DNA of 39,348 bases from Batkoa obscura (lineage: Eukaryota). The stretch lies in assembly GCA_030770535.1 (NCBI GenBank), contig JASVEC010000158.1, forward strand, positions 1-39,348. Direction: 5' to 3'. The notes beneath the pieces are model-generated. The model worked only from the letters and a program-made list of their open reading frames with translations. It was not told the DNA's origin and ran no database searches. A program made the position numbers and the translations under genes. Below are positions 35,641-39,348 of this stretch, one piece after another. Each line of letters opens with the position of its first letter. Position 1 is the first letter of the stretch.

Positions 35641-37263
35641 ATGATACAGTCAAATGCTATCGTTAACAGTTATCGTATCAATGGTCACAAGAGAAAAGCA
35701 AGTAGAGAAGTTAGGAACGAAAAATTAGTGAATAGTTACTTACGTAGTGGTCAAACAATGCGTGCTATTATGGATGGTGATTTGACTAGTTTAAATGAGA
35801 ATGACATTAAAGATTTAAATGTCTATTTTGGCAACAATAACTCTGGAAATCACCTCGATAAGTTTATATTAAACAATCGTACTTTAAATCATGTGATGAG
35901 CAAAGTATTAACTAAAATTATTCAATCTCCGAGCTTAGGCATCAATTTATTAATATTAAATAGCATCTCTATTGATTTTAATTCGCTGAATCATATCATT
36001 CTTTCCATAGCTAAATCAAAATCACTCAAAAAATTAGTGTTAAAGCAGATTAAGTTCGATAGAAGAATTGTACAGCCCTTTTTTGAGTCTCTCCAACGAA
36101 ATAAAGCAAGTCAATTGTCCACCATCCTAATTGAAAACATTAGTTTAGATAAATCCTTTTGTAAAGCATTTGCTACTTATTTTCCAAAAAACTTAGACTT
36201 GAAAGCATTAAGTTTATCCAATTGTTCTATTGATAATGATTCCTTTAAAAGTATTGCCCCAATCTTACATAACAATAATACAATCCAAGAATTGAACTTG
36301 AGTCATAATTTAATTGGAGCTAACGGAACCGATATATTATATCAGACTCTAATATTCAATCACACTCTTGCTTATTTAAGTTTAGAGGGTAATAATATTG
36401 GACCAAGAGGATGTGAGAGATTAGCTTCCTGTTTAGAACTCAATTCTTCAATAAAATATTTGAATCTTAACTACAATAATATTGGGGATCTTGGAGTCCG
36501 TCATTTGTATTCTGTGTTGAAAGATAACAAAACCCTTCATTGCTTAAAGTTAGCTCAAAATCGATTGAGTGAAGATTCTTGTATTCCATTAAAAGCAGCT
36601 TTATTAAAGAATCATAATTTAAGCCAACTTGATCTATCTAATAACATGATTAATAGTAATGGAGGTGTCATTCTTTCAGAAGGATTAAAAGGCAATCAAG
36701 GGATCCAAGAGTTATTGCTAAATAATAACAATCTAGGAAATCAAGGTATAAGTAGTATGTTACAGGCCATGAGTGTTAATAAAACATTGCAACATATTGA
36801 TTTAAAGGATAACAATATACAAGATCCTACCATTTACAGTAATTTAATTAGTAGCTTATTTCACAACCAACAATTAAAAGTGTTGAACATCAACTATGAT
36901 TTTGAAGGTTGGGAAAGTATCTATTCGGAAATTCAATCCATTTTAATTAACAACTTTTTATTTTATAAAGAAAAGGTTGCTTCTGCCCTTGAAATGTTAA
37001 CCCTTGTACGTTTGTTATTATGTGGTAAAAAGAGTGGAATGGAGTTTAGTAATGAAATTTTGGAGTATATTGCAATTGGAGCAGATAAGAAAAGGGTATT
37101 ATCTTCTAAACAATGTCATCAAATCTTGAAGTTTGGGAGGGATAAAACTAAGTTGAATGAAAAAGTGACTAAATTAAATTATTTAAAGTTTGTTTTTGGG
37201 AATGAATTCAATTATTATCCTGTCCCTGTTTGCCACTCCGCTTTAACTTATACTTTTGATTAG
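35641..37263 (+). CDS. RNI-like leucine-rich repeat protein
   Basis: Tandem 28-residue LRRs (e.g. NNTIQELNLSHNLIGANG, NHTLAYLSLEGNNIGPRG); intronless 540 aa. Confidence 0.9.
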   Translation: MIQSNAIVNSYRINGHKRKASREVRNEKLVNSYLRSGQTMRAIMDGDLTSLNENDIKDLNVYFGNNNSGNHLDKFILNNRTLNHVMSKVLTKIIQSPSLGINLLILNSISIDFNSLNHIILSIAKSKSLKKLVLKQIKFDRRIVQPFFESLQRNKASQLSTILIENISLDKSFCKAFATYFPKNLDLKALSLSNCSIDNDSFKSIAPILHNNNTIQELNLSHNLIGANGTDILYQTLIFNHTLAYLSLEGNNIGPRGCERLASCLELNSSIKYLNLNYNNIGDLGVRHLYSVLKDNKTLHCLKLAQNRLSEDSCIPLKAALLKNHNLSQLDLSNNMINSNGGVILSEGLKGNQGIQELLLNNNNLGNQGISSMLQAMSVNKTLQHIDLKDNNIQDPTIYSNLISSLFHNQQLKVLNINYDFEGWESIYSEIQSILINNFLFYKEKVASALEMLTLVRLLLCGKKSGMEFSNEILEYIAIGADKKRVLSSKQCHQILKFGRDKTKLNEKVTKLNYLKFVFGNEFNYYPVPVCHSALTYTFD

Positions 37264-38294
37264 TTTATGTTGAATCTATTTATATTCATCTTTTATCCTT
37301 CCTTTATCTTTTATTTTTTTTGTTTAAAAAGTGAATAAAATTTTAGTTTTGATTATTAAAATAAGGGATATTTCTATATTTGGTAAATTAGGGGACAGAA
37401 GTTATTGAGATTGAAACAGTACTTAAAAAGTGATATAATAGTAGTAAGCTTCTAAATTTATAAAAACAATAATAATAACAATAATATTATAAAATAATAC
37501 TAATTAGTTATAATTTCACCATGTAAAATTAAATTTAAAACCTATTGAATATTGAATAGATGAAGTCAAGGGTTTAATAGAAATGGTAATTTTAAACAGT
37601 TTTTTATTTCCTTCAATTTCTTGAGATCACAATATGCTACAAGTAGTTTATTGACAAAGAAATTATAAGTTAGTGATAGGGAGGCAGAGGTCAGGGGTAT
37701 AATTTTTTTATCTAGATCTATTTAAAGGGAGCTGAGATACAATTCAAAAATGATTTCCAGGGCATGGAATTTTACATATTGATAAAAAAAGAACACTTGA
37801 AGGACCTTTTTGATCCTTAATAAACGGTAGTTCTGTATTGATAAATTTGACAAAAAACAAATGAAAAAAAGTCATAAATAATTCAATAAGGGGTTTTAGA
37901 ATTGCTTGTATTATTAATATTAAAGTTTAGGTGTCAAAAAGTACAATAAATAACGGATGAACATGAGTTCTGAAATGAAAATGAAACTGAAGTTAAAAAA
38001 TTAAAAACTAAGATTACATTTTAGTAAGCTAATAATAGGTAATATAAATATATATATATATTAGAGCTATAAAGTTCATACCAATAACTGTAAGGTTATT
38101 AATCAATCACTAAAACAACGTTAAAACTTGTTTCACATCCATTAGTATTTAGACTGTCTTATAAACATGTTAGAGTAAAGCATACATTAGTTAATAACTC
38201 ATATTGTTCTTTATTGATCTATTCTCAGAAGTCATTAGCTAGCTGTCCTTTTATACTATAGCGGCCAATGACTTTGGCAAAGGTTAGCCCTATA

Positions 38295-38299
38295 TAATG

Positions 38300-38330
<31 letters not shown>
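38295..38330 (+). repeat. (TAA)n microsatellite
   Basis: About 12 TAA units with one TGA. Confidence 0.9.
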
Positions 38331-38332
<2 letters not shown>

Positions 38333-38415
38333 TCTGTTAATCTAAATTGCTTTATTTATTGGGTTGATATCTAAAGCTGTCCCCATACAATCAGTTAATT
38401 ATCATATCTCATAGT

Positions 38416-39348
38416 TTATTTCTCCCCTATAAAAAATCAATACCTCAAAGCTCACAAAAATAAATTAAAAAGACATCCTACCATCCTTAGCTTCCAATTT
38501 CTCCGTCTCTCCCAATAATAATTGTTTATGGATGGTATTTAAAGCTTGTGGAACACTAGCTTTTGAAATAACACCTGAAATATTAATTTCAGAAGAACCT
38601 TGAGATATCATTTCTAAATTAGCACGTAAAAAATTCAAAGTTAAAGATAAATAGATAATATAATATAGTAATGTAAATTAAATTATTTTTAAAAAAAGGA
38701 TATCTGCCATTGATAAAGCTTTGAAAAAAGCTTTAGCTACTCCAGGTCGTTGTTTCATTTGACCACCAATTAAACTAATAATTACTAAATCTTTAAGCAC
38801 TTGAACCTAAAACAATAATTCAATATTAATATTTTGTAACATTTAAAAAAGAATAAAAAGTACTTACAAACCCTACTTGATTTAAGTCATCTACAGCCTT
38901 TGTCAGCCTTTCTTCGTCTGGTTTAGATAGAGCCATTGATAAATTAACTTCAGATGTAGATACTAAATCTGCAATCAATTGGTAATCATTTAGAATTTTA
39001 AACACTTTTTTTAAAAAATCAAAGGATCTAGATTTTCGATTGGATTGTACATTTAATACTACTACTTCTTCTTTAACACAAACAGCGGTTGCTAACCCTA
39101 ACACTTCATTTTCATTTCCAACTTTTTTTCGTCCAATGGTTGTACCTTTTATTTCTTGATCCTTTCCATTGACATTACAAATTCGAATTGTAATCTCTTG
39201 TTTACTAGCTATTTCAATAGCCATTGGATGCACTGCTTCGGTGCCATAATAAGTTAATTCATATGCTTCTTCAATTGTAACAAATGGTAAGATCTTAGAT
39301 TCTTTGACTATACTTGGATCTGCAGTATAAATCCCATCAATATGTTTC
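38416..39348 (-). CDS. HOM3: Aspartate kinase, 3' part (kinase C-lobe and two ACT domains; partial)
   Basis: DGIYTADP, EEAYELTYYG...VHP, DLVSTSEVNLS, ISLIGGQMKQRPGVA, NLEMISQGSSEINIS. Exons >39348-38868, 38806-38704, 38625-38482; ends at 38465 (unspliced) or 38416 (via GT-AG intron 38481-38427). Confidence 0.92.
38626..38703 (-). other. U12-type AT-AC intron (78 nt)
   Basis: 5' site ATATCCTTT, branch site TTATCTTTAAC (38650-38640), 3' site TTTAC; removal restores LSMA-G-ANLEMISQG. Confidence 0.9.

Noticed and set aside
38613..38707. GC-AG alternative for the aspartate kinase intron (GCAGAT...GCTAATTTAG, minus strand)
   Set aside because: The join reads ATG AAA TGA, out of frame, and removes conserved NLE residues; AT-AC fits exactly.

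Overview
Very AT-rich eukaryotic genomic DNA, gene-dense, with many short (mostly ~44-60 nt) spliceosomal introns. The gene set and intron style suggest an early-diverging (non-Dikarya) fungus; this is inference only. Genes in order: 3' end of ribonucleotide reductase large subunit (frameshifted near the window edge), SH3+TBC Rab-GAP, CHCHD2/Mix17, Sas10/Utp3, Mpe1/RBBP6, BAP31/Yet (minus), TFIIF large subunit, FHIP/FAM160, Npr3 (minus), a small two-exon ORF missed by the ORF track, Exo1, Nap1, a putative fungal TF-like protein (minus), an RNI-like LRR protein and the 3' part of aspartate kinase (minus). Repeats: eight copies of a ~97-bp GRG-ended MITE with apparent 4-bp TSDs, an inverted pair of probable LINE relics with a 234-bp perfectly identical core, and two other foldback elements. 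Highlights: (1) an AT-AC U12-type (minor spliceosome) intron in aspartate kinase; (2) alternative last exons of NAP1 that would switch the C-terminal CKQQ prenylation motif on or off; (3) local homogenisation of inverted repeat pairs; (4) a candidate intronic-polyadenylation intron, a heptad array and an RS tail in Mpe1/RBBP6; (5) CCAAT boxes in front of essentially every gene.
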